DNA from: Ignavibacteriota bacterium
GTDB lineage: Bacteria > Bacteroidota > Ignavibacteria > Palsa-1295
Length of the DNA: 34,926 bases
NCBI GenBank assembly: GCA_025357895.1
Contig: JANYLL010000296.1
Span: 1-34,926 of the forward strand
Direction of reading: 5' to 3'
Positions 9,521 through 17,466 of the stretch are shown in pieces. Both the position numbers and the translations under genes were made by a program. The notes beneath the pieces were generated by a model that did not search any database, was not told where the DNA came from, and worked only from the letters and a program-made list of their open reading frames with translations. The stretch's first letter is position 1. Each line of letters begins with the position of its first letter.

Positions 9521-10716
9521 GCAGCAACCTCCTCCTCTTTTAGAGAAAATTTAAATTGCTTATTATGTAGTGAAGAAAAATTAAGAGCTTCCTCAAGATC
9601 AGCTAGAAGATCATCAATATGCTCGATGCCGATGGAGATGCGGAGGATGTCATCGGTAATCCCTGCTTTTTCGCGAAGCTCTGCGCCCATTGAGAAATGG
9701 CTCATCGTAGCGGGATGCTCAATAAGTGATTCAACTCCGCCGAGCGATTCGGCTAAAGCGAATATTTTTGTTGATCCGAGAGCATGTTTAACTTCTTTTT
9801 CAAATTTTCCGCGAACTCTGAATGAGATCACACCGCCAAACCCTGTTTGCAAGCGCTTTGCAAGCTCATGCGTGGGATGGCTTTCTAATCCTGGATAAAA
9901 TACTTCGGAAACATTCGTATGTGCTTGAAGAAATTCTGCAACAGCTTGTGCATTTGATTCATGCTGGCGCATTCTCACACCAAGCGTCTTAATTCCTCGC
10001 AGAACTAGCCAGCTATCGAAAACTCCCGTTGTCGTGCCGAGAGCATTTGCAAGATATTGAAATCTTTCACCAAGTTCTGTAGTCTTCGAAACAATTGCTC
10101 CCCCGCAAACATCGGAATGACCGTTTAGCCATTTCGTAGTCGAATGCACAATAACATCGGCTCCGAATTTGAACGGCTGAAAATTAAATGGAGAAAGAAA
10201 AGTATTATCAACGCAGACCAAAAGTTTTGAAGCATGAGCGATCTTCGAGAGGGCTTCAACATCAACGACATTCAGGAGGGGATTGCTTGGTGTTTCGATC
10301 CAGAGACATCGCGTATTGGCTTTGATCGCATCAAATAGAGAAATCGGATCGCTCAGATCAACGAATGAAACTTCAAGTTTTCGCTGATCTTTGAAAAGAT
10401 TGAGAAGCCTTGCAGTGCCGCCGTAACAATCATGCGTGCAAATTATATGTGCTCCGGCACCGAAATGAGCGAGGACTGTTGCGATAGCCGACATACCCGT
10501 TGAAACCGCTACAGCTCTTGCGCCGCCTTCGAGTTCTGCTATTACATTTTCTAATGTATTGCGTGTAGGATTTCCGCTGCGAGTATAATCATATCCGGTT
10601 GATTCGCCCGGAGAGCGGAAGCGAAAATTGGATGTTTGATAAAGCGGAGTTCCGATGCTGCCATACTGCGCATCGGTATGGGTTGTTGATTGAATGGCTT
10701 TTGTTTCGATATTCAT
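9517..10716 (-). CDS. metB: Cystathionine gamma-synthase (Cys/Met PLP-dependent family)
   Basis: YTRSGNPTR, WIETPSNP, VDNTF, HSTTKWLNGHSD (PLP lysine), AESLGGVESL; first gene of a SAM riboswitch operon. Confidence 0.88.
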   Translation of the reverse strand: MNIETKAIQSTTHTDAQYGSIGTPLYQTSNFRFRSPGESTGYDYTRSGNPTRNTLENVIAELEGGARAVAVSTGMSAIATVLAHFGAGAHIICTHDCYGGTARLLNLFKDQRKLEVSFVDLSDPISLFDAIKANTRCLWIETPSNPLLNVVDVEALSKIAHASKLLVCVDNTFLSPFNFQPFKFGADVIVHSTTKWLNGHSDVCGGAIVSKTTELGERFQYLANALGTTTGVFDSWLVLRGIKTLGVRMRQHESNAQAVAEFLQAHTNVSEVFYPGLESHPTHELAKRLQTGFGGVISFRVRGKFEKEVKHALGSTKIFALAESLGGVESLIEHPATMSHFSMGAELREKAGITDDILRISIGIEHIDDLLADLEEALNFSSLHNKQFKFSLKEEEVAA

Positions 10717-10779
10717 AGCTGTTCGAATGTATAAGTTAAATTTTTAACTCATCATGAACTGCCGTGAAAGATCTGAGGG

Positions 10780-10807
10780 GTAGAGACGCGATATATCGCG
10801 TCTCTAC
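10780..10807. repeat. Perfect 28-bp GTAG-tagged REP-like palindrome in the met leader
   Basis: GTAGAGACGCGATATATCGCGTCTCTAC is fully self-complementary. Confidence 0.85.
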
Positions 10808-10839
10808 GGAGCATATCCGGTAGGAATTCCTTTAAAAGG

Positions 10840-10869
10840 AAAAAACCTATCGGAAAGCGACCGATAGGC
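10840..10869 (-). terminator. Intrinsic terminator of the SAM riboswitch expression platform
   Basis: Minus strand CCTATCGG-tcgcttt-CCGATAGG followed by TTTTTT; its TCGGTCGCTTT segment can alternatively pair with the P1 3' strand AAAGATGAGCCGA. Confidence 0.85.
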
Positions 10870-10924
10870 TCCAACCTTAAAAACATGCGAGACGGAGAGT
10901 CTCTGCAATAGGTTTTCACTTCGG

Positions 10925-11049
10925 CTCATCTTTCCTAATGGAATCCTTACGGAACCCTTCGGCAGGATTTAGCACCTTGACTCAAAACCTTTCGATCTTG
11001 ACGGTTGCTACAGCTTCACAGGGCCTGTCCCTCAGCTGTTCTTGATGAG
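10925..11049 (-). ncRNA. SAM-I (S-box) riboswitch aptamer
   Basis: Minus strand CTCATCAAG...GAGGGACAGGCCCTGTGAAG...GCAACC...GGTGCTAAATCC...AAAGATGAG, directly upstream of metB-metX-hom. Confidence 0.95.
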
Positions 11050-11107
11050 TAACAGTAGAACAACCGTTGAGAAGGGATTTAAAGTTTCCGGTAAGTATTT
11101 GTTTAAA

Positions 11108-11257
11108 TGTCATTCCGAAGGAGCCGAAATTCGCTTTAGCGAATGAGCGACTGAGGAATCCCCTGAGGTTTAGAAAAAGAAACTTCTCGGTTATCCTCAG
11201 AGGATTCCTCACATCGTTTTTTTCGCTTCGCTCAAAAAATCTCCGTTCGAAATGACA
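11108..11257. repeat. TGTCATTC...AATGACA palindromic MITE-like element (family A, copy 1)
   Basis: Terminal inverted repeat TGTCATTCCGAA/TTCGAAATGACA; inner stem TGAGGAATCC/GGATTCCTCA. Confidence 0.85.
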
Positions 11258-11374
11258 TTAGAGTTTGAATTCCACTCACCAAAAAAAATAATGATTCCGT
11301 AACATTTTTTTTGTCCGGAATGCTGTTGTTCATTCGTCTAATTCTTTTCATTAACACTTAATTTAAATACGATC

Positions 11375-11761
11375 ATGGATAAAAATTCGAATTCATTGAA
11401 CTGGTTTGAGATTCCGGCAACGGATATCTCTCGTGCACAGAAGTTTTACGAGACTGTTTTTGCAATTAATATGGAACCCCTGCCTGAAATGATGGGCATG
11501 AAAATGACCGGATTTCCAGCCGATATGGGTAACGGTAAAGCCGTTGGCGCCTTGGCGCAGAGTGAGCAGCATAAACCTGCAACAGATGGAGTGGTTATCT
11601 ACTTGAATGCCAATCCGAGCATTCAACCTGTCGTTGATCGCGTTGAATCCGCTGGCGGAAAAGTCGTCATGCCTGTTATGGATATCAGTCCGGAGATCGG
11701 CAAGATGGCGTTCATTATTGACACCGAAGGCAATAAGATCGGAATTCACGCGCAGAATTAA
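11375..11761 (+). CDS. VOC-family (glyoxalase/bleomycin resistance) protein
   Basis: NWFEIPATD...AQKFYETVF, VESAGGKV, DTEGNKIGIH. Confidence 0.92.
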   Translation: MDKNSNSLNWFEIPATDISRAQKFYETVFAINMEPLPEMMGMKMTGFPADMGNGKAVGALAQSEQHKPATDGVVIYLNANPSIQPVVDRVESAGGKVVMPVMDISPEIGKMAFIIDTEGNKIGIHAQN

Positions 11762-11786
11762 TAGAATATCTATTCAAATTCTTATT

Positions 11787-11811
11787 GAAGCCGGGATTTC
11801 CCGGCTTCTTT
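11787..11811 (+). terminator. Intrinsic terminator after the VOC gene
   Basis: GAAGCCGGGA-tt-TCCCGGCTTC followed by a T-rich tail. Confidence 0.75.
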
Positions 11812-11998
11812 AATTTTAAGATGGCATAAATCTTGTTCTCAATTCTCTCCGTGAATCTTTTTTCATACAGTGCCGTAACAAATAATACATGAAGCTTTGA
11901 GAATAATTTTATCGATCAGTAAGTAACTTGTGGAAATTGTAGCCGCATGAAGGTCATGGGACGCTGCAAGAAGATGCTGATCATATTCTCACAATGTC

Positions 11999-13615
11999 AT
12001 GAAAAACCCCAACCTCAGCAGCCGCACAACCTATTCCTATCAAGGCGCGATCAAAATAACTCATCTTCTTCTCTTCGCTATTGTTTCCTGTTACGGAACA
12101 GCTCGAGCCCAGAATGCGAAGCTCGACGAGATCAAAAAACTCATTGCCACTAACTACACTGATAATATCAATGACTCTGCGATCATGGCTGCTGCAATTC
12201 GCGGCATCATGCAATCGCTTGATCCATATTCGCAATACCTTTCACCGGAAGCGTACCAAAGAATGCAGGAGCGTTTCAATCCTGAATCATCAACCGGCAT
12301 TGGTATCACTATCACCTCATCACATGATACGATCACTGTATTTCAAGTGAAGGCATCATCACCTGCCGATAAAGTTGGAATGCTGCCCGGTGACCGGATA
12401 ATGAAGATCGGTAAAGAAAGTGCAATCGGCCTAACACGGGATGATGCACTCGGAAAACTCGCTGATCCTACTTTCGAAGGAAAAGTTGAAGTGACAGTTT
12501 TCCGTCCGAACGGAGAAAGGTTAATGCTTTTCACTATTACACCTCGCGAAATTCCTGCAGAGAAAAAGATCGTTTGGCAGATGCTTAATGATACGACAGG
12601 GTATATCCGCTTCAGTATTTTCAGCCAAAATATCGATGTCGATATTCATGCCGGAATTCTCTCGCTTCAAAAACAAGGGATGCATTCACTCGTTCTTGAT
12701 CTGCGTGATAACGGCGGTGGCTTAGTCAAAGAAGCAGCAGATATTGCAAGTGAATTCATTGGCGGCAATTCAAAACTTTTCACACTTCAGGGAAAAACTC
12801 CGGAGAGTAAGGAAAATTATTATGCCGGAGATAAAGCTCCGTTCGAAAAATTACCGCTTGTGCTGTTAGTAGATGACGGCACAGCAAGTGCCAGTGAACT
12901 CTTAGCCGGTGCACTTCAGGATCTCGACCGAGCATTCATTATTGGAACACAAACTTTTGGAAAGTCTCTGTCGCAAAGAACATTTCCACTAAGCACCGGA
13001 GGTGCATTAAAGCTCACATGTTTTCGTGCGTATTTGCCGAGCGGCAGACTTGTTCAACGGCGATATAATGGTTCATCATATCTGGCAGAGCGTTTTAATT
13101 TTGATAGTATCATGGATAATTATGACCATACCTGTGAAGCTCCTTCAGTCTCAAAGCAGTTTCGTCCGTTCCTGACTTTTTATGGAAGGAAAGTTTATGG
13201 CGGACAAGGTATTATTCCTGATTATATTATTCCGGAAGGAGTTTTGCATCCGAGCACACAAAGACTTTTTGATGAAAGAATATTTGTAGATCTGACAATG
13301 CAGTATCTTCCTTCCCATGCCGCAACTTTGCGGAATGACTTTACCGTCAATAATTTCATGGCAGATTTCCGCGCACCGAAATCCGTGATATCAGATCTGG
13401 AATCACTTGCTAAGCAATGGAAGATCGAAGTCGATCCGAAAGAGTTAGCACTCGATTGGGATAGGATCGAACATCAATTCGCTATACAACTTGCTTATCA
13501 GCTCTTCGGAGATGATGCCTGGCGTATGCCGGATCCCAAAAAAGATAAGGCACTCGCGCTTGCTTTAGGGCATCAGTCCCAAGCACGGAAGATGTCGGAA
13601 TTGGCTGATAAGTAA
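11999..13615 (+). CDS. S41-family carboxy-terminal processing protease with PDZ domain
   Basis: LDPYSQY, GIGI, SPADKVG, LDLRDNGGG, TASASE (catalytic Ser), TFGK (catalytic Lys), GGQGIIPD; signal peptide. Confidence 0.93.
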   Translation: MKNPNLSSRTTYSYQGAIKITHLLLFAIVSCYGTARAQNAKLDEIKKLIATNYTDNINDSAIMAAAIRGIMQSLDPYSQYLSPEAYQRMQERFNPESSTGIGITITSSHDTITVFQVKASSPADKVGMLPGDRIMKIGKESAIGLTRDDALGKLADPTFEGKVEVTVFRPNGERLMLFTITPREIPAEKKIVWQMLNDTTGYIRFSIFSQNIDVDIHAGILSLQKQGMHSLVLDLRDNGGGLVKEAADIASEFIGGNSKLFTLQGKTPESKENYYAGDKAPFEKLPLVLLVDDGTASASELLAGALQDLDRAFIIGTQTFGKSLSQRTFPLSTGGALKLTCFRAYLPSGRLVQRRYNGSSYLAERFNFDSIMDNYDHTCEAPSVSKQFRPFLTFYGRKVYGGQGIIPDYIIPEGVLHPSTQRLFDERIFVDLTMQYLPSHAATLRNDFTVNNFMADFRAPKSVISDLESLAKQWKIEVDPKELALDWDRIEHQFAIQLAYQLFGDDAWRMPDPKKDKALALALGHQSQARKMSELADK

Positions 13616-13633
13616 TTTGAATATCTCTCAATT

Positions 13634-13731
13634 TGTCATTCTGAGCGACAGCGAAGAATCCCGTTAATAGAGGTAGCGCCTACAAACCATGACGGGATTC
13701 TTCACTCCGCTTCGCTGCACTCAGAATGACA
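13634..13731. repeat. Palindromic MITE-like element (family A, copy 2)
   Basis: TGTCATTCTGAG/CTCAGAATGACA; inner stem GAAGAATCCCGT/ACGGGATTCTTC. Confidence 0.85.
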
Positions 13732-13827
13732 ATGGTTTAAGAGCTATACCTTTCCAAACCGCTTTCCAAACTACCTACCCCTTCCGCTTGTTATATTTGT
13801 ATTCTAAACTTTAGCATAATTAAGACA

Positions 13828-14520
13828 TTGTCACACGATAACAGCGGAAAATCGAGTCTTGAGCGTCATCAGGAGTCAATGAAGGCGGGCGGAGTCGCGC
13901 GCTGGTTCTTTGGTCCAAATGGCGGAACTGTGCCACCGACATACCAACCACCGGTACATCATGACCATGACGATCAGCAGGTCAGCGAAGCGTATGCGGC
14001 GTTCTTCAAGGATAATCCGGAGAAGACCGACGATGAATACCAGAAAATTCGCAAAGACCGCACCTTCAATGCCGATCTGAAAGATATTCCGATCCCTGAA
14101 GGGTATGCGCCGGTGACATTTGTCGAAGATGATGTTATTATCGTCGCGCCTATCGGCAGCAATGTTCGCCAGCTTGCGATGGATAACAATATTGAGATCT
14201 ATGGCGATGTCATGAAAATGCTCAATTGCCGAGGATTGGGATTATGCACTTCATGCCGTGTCTCAGCTGATCCGAACGATGCGCTTACTCCGCCGACAGC
14301 TATGGAGAAAGTCCATCTTATTCGCGATAATCCAAAATACCGTTTAAGCTGCCAGTGCGAAATAACAGGACCGGTGAAGATCAGTACAAAGCCTGCAAAA
14401 GATTACGGCAAAGTGATGAATAATTTCGTTCGCAATGCCTCGCTTTTGGGATTCTTCTCCGTAATTATGCTGGTGCTGCTTCTTGTCATCGGTTTTGACG
14501 TTGTCGGGAAGTGGTTTTAA
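13828..14520 (+). CDS. [2Fe-2S] ferredoxin-domain protein with C-terminal membrane anchor
   Basis: CRGLGLCTSC...RLSCQC; hydrophobic C-terminal helix; TATATTTG promoter-like element at 13792-13799; start uncertain (TTG 13828 or ATG 13879). Confidence 0.85.
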   Translation: MSHDNSGKSSLERHQESMKAGGVARWFFGPNGGTVPPTYQPPVHHDHDDQQVSEAYAAFFKDNPEKTDDEYQKIRKDRTFNADLKDIPIPEGYAPVTFVEDDVIIVAPIGSNVRQLAMDNNIEIYGDVMKMLNCRGLGLCTSCRVSADPNDALTPPTAMEKVHLIRDNPKYRLSCQCEITGPVKISTKPAKDYGKVMNNFVRNASLLGFFSVIMLVLLLVIGFDVVGKWF

Positions 14521-14545
14521 AGATTTAAATAATTGATCTTTATTA

Positions 14546-14569
14546 AAAAGGCGGTTATTACCGCCTTTT
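14546..14569. terminator. Intrinsic terminator, potentially bidirectional
   Basis: AAAAGGCGGT-tatt-ACCGCCTTTT. Confidence 0.8.
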
Positions 14570-14606
14570 CAACTTTATAAGGGTAGAGAATGTTTACAGT
14601 TCCAAT

Positions 14607-14681
14607 GGTAGGCGCAGGGCTTTAGCCCGCGAGTCCGTTGCAAAATGGAATGTGTTCGCGAGCTAAAGCCCGGCGCCTACC
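14607..14681. repeat. REP doublet (REPIN-like): two inverted GTAG-tagged units
   Basis: GGTAGGCGCAGGGCTTTAGCCCGCGA, a 23-nt spacer, then TCGCGAGCTAAAGCCCGGCGCCTACC. Confidence 0.85.
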
Positions 14682-14721
14682 GAACGCATTTTTTAAGCTT
14701 TAAAATTTAAGCTTGAATTCC

Positions 14722-14795
14722 GGTCTCGTAGTTCAGATGGATAGAACATCAGTTTCCTAAACTGAGTGTCACAGGTTCGAGTCCTGTCGAGACCA
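14722..14795 (+). tRNA. tRNA-Arg (CCT), CCA not encoded
   Basis: Acceptor GGTCTCG/CGAGACC, anticodon arm TCAGT-TTCCTAA-ACTGA, T arm ACAGG-TTCGAGT-CCTGT. Confidence 0.96.
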
Positions 14796-14809
14796 CGAAA
14801 AGAAAGCTT

Positions 14810-14880
14810 ACAGTAAACAGTTGACAGTCGACAGTGAATGCGTTGACTTATTTTTTTACTGTTAGCTGTAAACTGTTAAC
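14810..14880. repeat. Inverted heptamer tandem tracts
   Basis: ACAGTAA ACAGTTG ACAGTCG ACAGTGA followed by ACTGTTA GCTGTAA ACTGTTA. Confidence 0.75.
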
Positions 14881-14882
14881 TT

Positions 14883-15284
14883 ATGCCTAAACGCATCTCA
14901 CATCTCGGCATTGCCGTGAAAGATCTTGCAGCTTCAGAGGCGCTTTTTAAAAAGCTGCTGGGTGATGAACACGTGCATCATGAAGTGGTCGAAGATCAAG
15001 GCGTCAGTATTGCCTCGTTTAAAATTGGTGAAAGCATAATAGAACTTACTGCTTCGACAAGAGAAGATTCTTCGATAGCAAAATTTATAGCCAAACGCGG
15101 TGAAGGAATTCATCATCTTGCTTTGGAAGTCGATGATGTTGCAAGTGAGCTTACAAGATTAAAAGCCGAAGGCATTCAGCTTATTGATGAAACTGCAAAA
15201 CCCGGAGCACATGAAATGCTGATCGCATTCTTGCATCCGAAGTCGACAAACGGAGTATTATTAGAACTTTGTCAAAAGAAATAA
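14883..15284 (+). CDS. mce: Methylmalonyl-CoA epimerase
   Basis: ISHLGIAV, FIAKRGEGIHHLALEVDD, AFLHPKSTNGVLLELCQ. Confidence 0.95.
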   Translation: MPKRISHLGIAVKDLAASEALFKKLLGDEHVHHEVVEDQGVSIASFKIGESIIELTASTREDSSIAKFIAKRGEGIHHLALEVDDVASELTRLKAEGIQLIDETAKPGAHEMLIAFLHPKSTNGVLLELCQKK

Positions 15285-15296
15285 ATTTAATAAATA

Positions 15297-15427
15297 TGTC
15301 ATTCTGAACGTAGCGAAGCGAAGTGAAGAATCCCTTGAGGTTTGCTAAGAAGCTTCTCTGCATACTTCAAGGGATTCTTCACTCTGTCCCCATCACTTAC
15401 GTGATGTGGACTCCGTTCAGAATGACA
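15297..15427. repeat. Palindromic MITE-like element (family A, copy 3), abutting the uvrC start
   Basis: TGTCATTCTGAACG/CGTTCAGAATGACA; inner stem AGTGAAGAATCCCTTGA/TCAAGGGATTCTTCACT. Confidence 0.85.
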
Positions 15428-15429
15428 TC

Positions 15430-17466
15430 ATGACAATGCAAGATACTTTCCCACTTCCAATATATGACGGAGATGATTATCCGCCGCAGTTCGACGATGA
15501 AGCCGAACAGGAAGAGGATGCCTTAGATATTGCAGCCGAAGGCGAGCAATTCCATCTTGCCGTTACAATAGATGATTTTACATTAGAAGAAAGACTTGAA
15601 TCACTTCCAAAATCTCCCGGAGTGTATCAATTCAAAAATGCCGCCGGAAAAGTTATCTATGTCGGCAAAGCAAAAAATCTTAAAAACAGAGTCCGCTCCT
15701 ATTTTCAGAATTATGCAAGAGGTGTAGGGGATGCAAAATTTCGTGCACTTGTCGAAAAGATAGCCGATGTTGAATTACTTCTGACCGATAGTGATGTCGA
15801 AGCGCTCATCTTAGAGAATACTCTCATAAAAAAATTGAAGCCGCGATATAACGTCATGCTCAAAGACGATAAGACTTATCCGTGGGTTGTTGTTACCAAT
15901 GAGCCATACCCACGAGTTTTTACAACGCGTCGCAAGCGCCATGATGGGGGAAAATATTATGGTCCGTATACGGAAGCATTATATCTTCGGTACTTAATGC
16001 GTACGCTTCGCGAAATATTTCCGATCAGAACCTGCAACTTCGATATTGACGAAGATTTTATTGAACGGAAGAAGACTCGTGTCTGCCTTGAATATCATAT
16101 CAAACGGTGCGAAGGTCCGTGCGAAGGGCTTGTAACCCACAGTGGATATAATACAATGATCAAAAAGGTCAAGCAGATACTCACCGGAAGGACGAAGGAT
16201 GTTGAGAAAGAACTCCGCGAAGAGATGCAAAAGCTTTCATCGGAAATGCGTTTTGAAGATGCCGCTCTGCGCCGCGATCAGCTGGCAGTCTTAAGCGATT
16301 ATGTAAGCAAACAGAAAGTTGTAACAGAAGAACTTATCGATCGTGATATTTTTGCTATAGCATCTGAAGAGGACGATGCTTGCGGAATAATTTTCAAAGT
16401 ACGCGACGGAAAGATCACCGGCAAGCAGCAATTCTTTTTCTCAAATGTTGAAGGAAAAGAACGGGAAGAAATATTAGAAGCATTACTCGAAAGATATTAT
16501 TCATCCACCGATTATATTCCAGAAGAAATATTTCTTCCGATCGAACTTACTGATCCCGATACGTTCGAAGCGTGGCTGGCGCGCAGAACCCGTGAGCTAT
16601 CGAACGACGATGACACAGGTGCCATGAAGCCACCGAAACTTATCGTGCCGAAGATCGGCGAAAAAGTAAAGCTTATTTCGATGGTACAATCAAATGCAAA
16701 ATTCTTACTTGGCGAAATAAAAATTCAGAAGTTAAAGCAAGATGATTTTGTACCCCATGTTTTGAAAGCTTTGCAGCGCGATCTGCATTTGAAAAAACCG
16801 CCGCGTCATATTGAATGTTTTGATAATTCTCATTTTCAAGGTTCTGAGACCGTATCTTCAATGGTCTATTTCGAAAATGCAAAACCAAAAAAATCGGAAT
16901 ACCGAAAATATAAAAATAAAACGGTTGAAGGCATTGATGACTTTGCTTCTATGAAAGAAGTAGTATATCGGCGATATGCAAAACTTATCCAGGATAATTC
17001 TGAATTGCCGGATCTTATTGTCATTGATGGCGGTAAAGGGCAGTTATCAAGTGCGTATGAAGTTCTTACAGAATTAAAGCTTACAGAAATTCCAATAATA
17101 GGATTAGCAAAAAGACTTGAGGAAATTTTTGTAGTAGGTAGTTCGGAATCAATGCTCTTGCCTAAATCTTCAAGCAGTTTGCGATTGCTACAACAGATCC
17201 GTGATGAAGCTCATCGTTTTGCAATCACATTCCATCGCTCGCTACGTGATAAGCGAACATTGCAGACTGAACTGACCCAAATTCCGGGAGTAGGGAAAAA
17301 GAAAGCGATGAAATTATTGGAAGAATGTGGCTCAGTCGAAGGGGTAAGGCATACTTCCGAGCCGGAACTTGTAAGGCTTGTAGGGCTTACGGCAATGAAA
17401 AAGATCGTTGAATATTTCAAAGAACAGGAAGCAATTGGAGCACGAGAAAATATCCCTGCCGAGTAA
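15430..17466 (+). CDS. uvrC: Excinuclease ABC subunit C
   Basis: PGVYQF...IYVGKAKNLKNRV (GIY-YIG), Cys-rich region, IECFDNSH, DLIVIDGGKGQL, IRDEAHRFAI, HhH; start placed at ATG 15430 (or 15436), outside the repeat. Confidence 0.97.
   Translation: MTMQDTFPLPIYDGDDYPPQFDDEAEQEEDALDIAAEGEQFHLAVTIDDFTLEERLESLPKSPGVYQFKNAAGKVIYVGKAKNLKNRVRSYFQNYARGVGDAKFRALVEKIADVELLLTDSDVEALILENTLIKKLKPRYNVMLKDDKTYPWVVVTNEPYPRVFTTRRKRHDGGKYYGPYTEALYLRYLMRTLREIFPIRTCNFDIDEDFIERKKTRVCLEYHIKRCEGPCEGLVTHSGYNTMIKKVKQILTGRTKDVEKELREEMQKLSSEMRFEDAALRRDQLAVLSDYVSKQKVVTEELIDRDIFAIASEEDDACGIIFKVRDGKITGKQQFFFSNVEGKEREEILEALLERYYSSTDYIPEEIFLPIELTDPDTFEAWLARRTRELSNDDDTGAMKPPKLIVPKIGEKVKLISMVQSNAKFLLGEIKIQKLKQDDFVPHVLKALQRDLHLKKPPRHIECFDNSHFQGSETVSSMVYFENAKPKKSEYRKYKNKTVEGIDDFASMKEVVYRRYAKLIQDNSELPDLIVIDGGKGQLSSAYEVLTELKLTEIPIIGLAKRLEEIFVVGSSESMLLPKSSSSLRLLQQIRDEAHRFAITFHRSLRDKRTLQTELTQIPGVGKKKAMKLLEECGSVEGVRHTSEPELVRLVGLTAMKKIVEYFKEQEAIGARENIPAE

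Noticed and set aside
10982-11255. ORFs 10982-11212 (minus) and 11067-11255 (plus)
   Set aside because: They are translations of the riboswitch and the palindromic element
14810-14880. Possible CRISPR or mini-array
   Set aside because: Contiguous 7-nt units without spacers; no cas genes in the window
15406-15429. GTG start for uvrC giving MDSVQNDI
   Set aside because: These codons are the terminal inverted repeat of the MITE-like element
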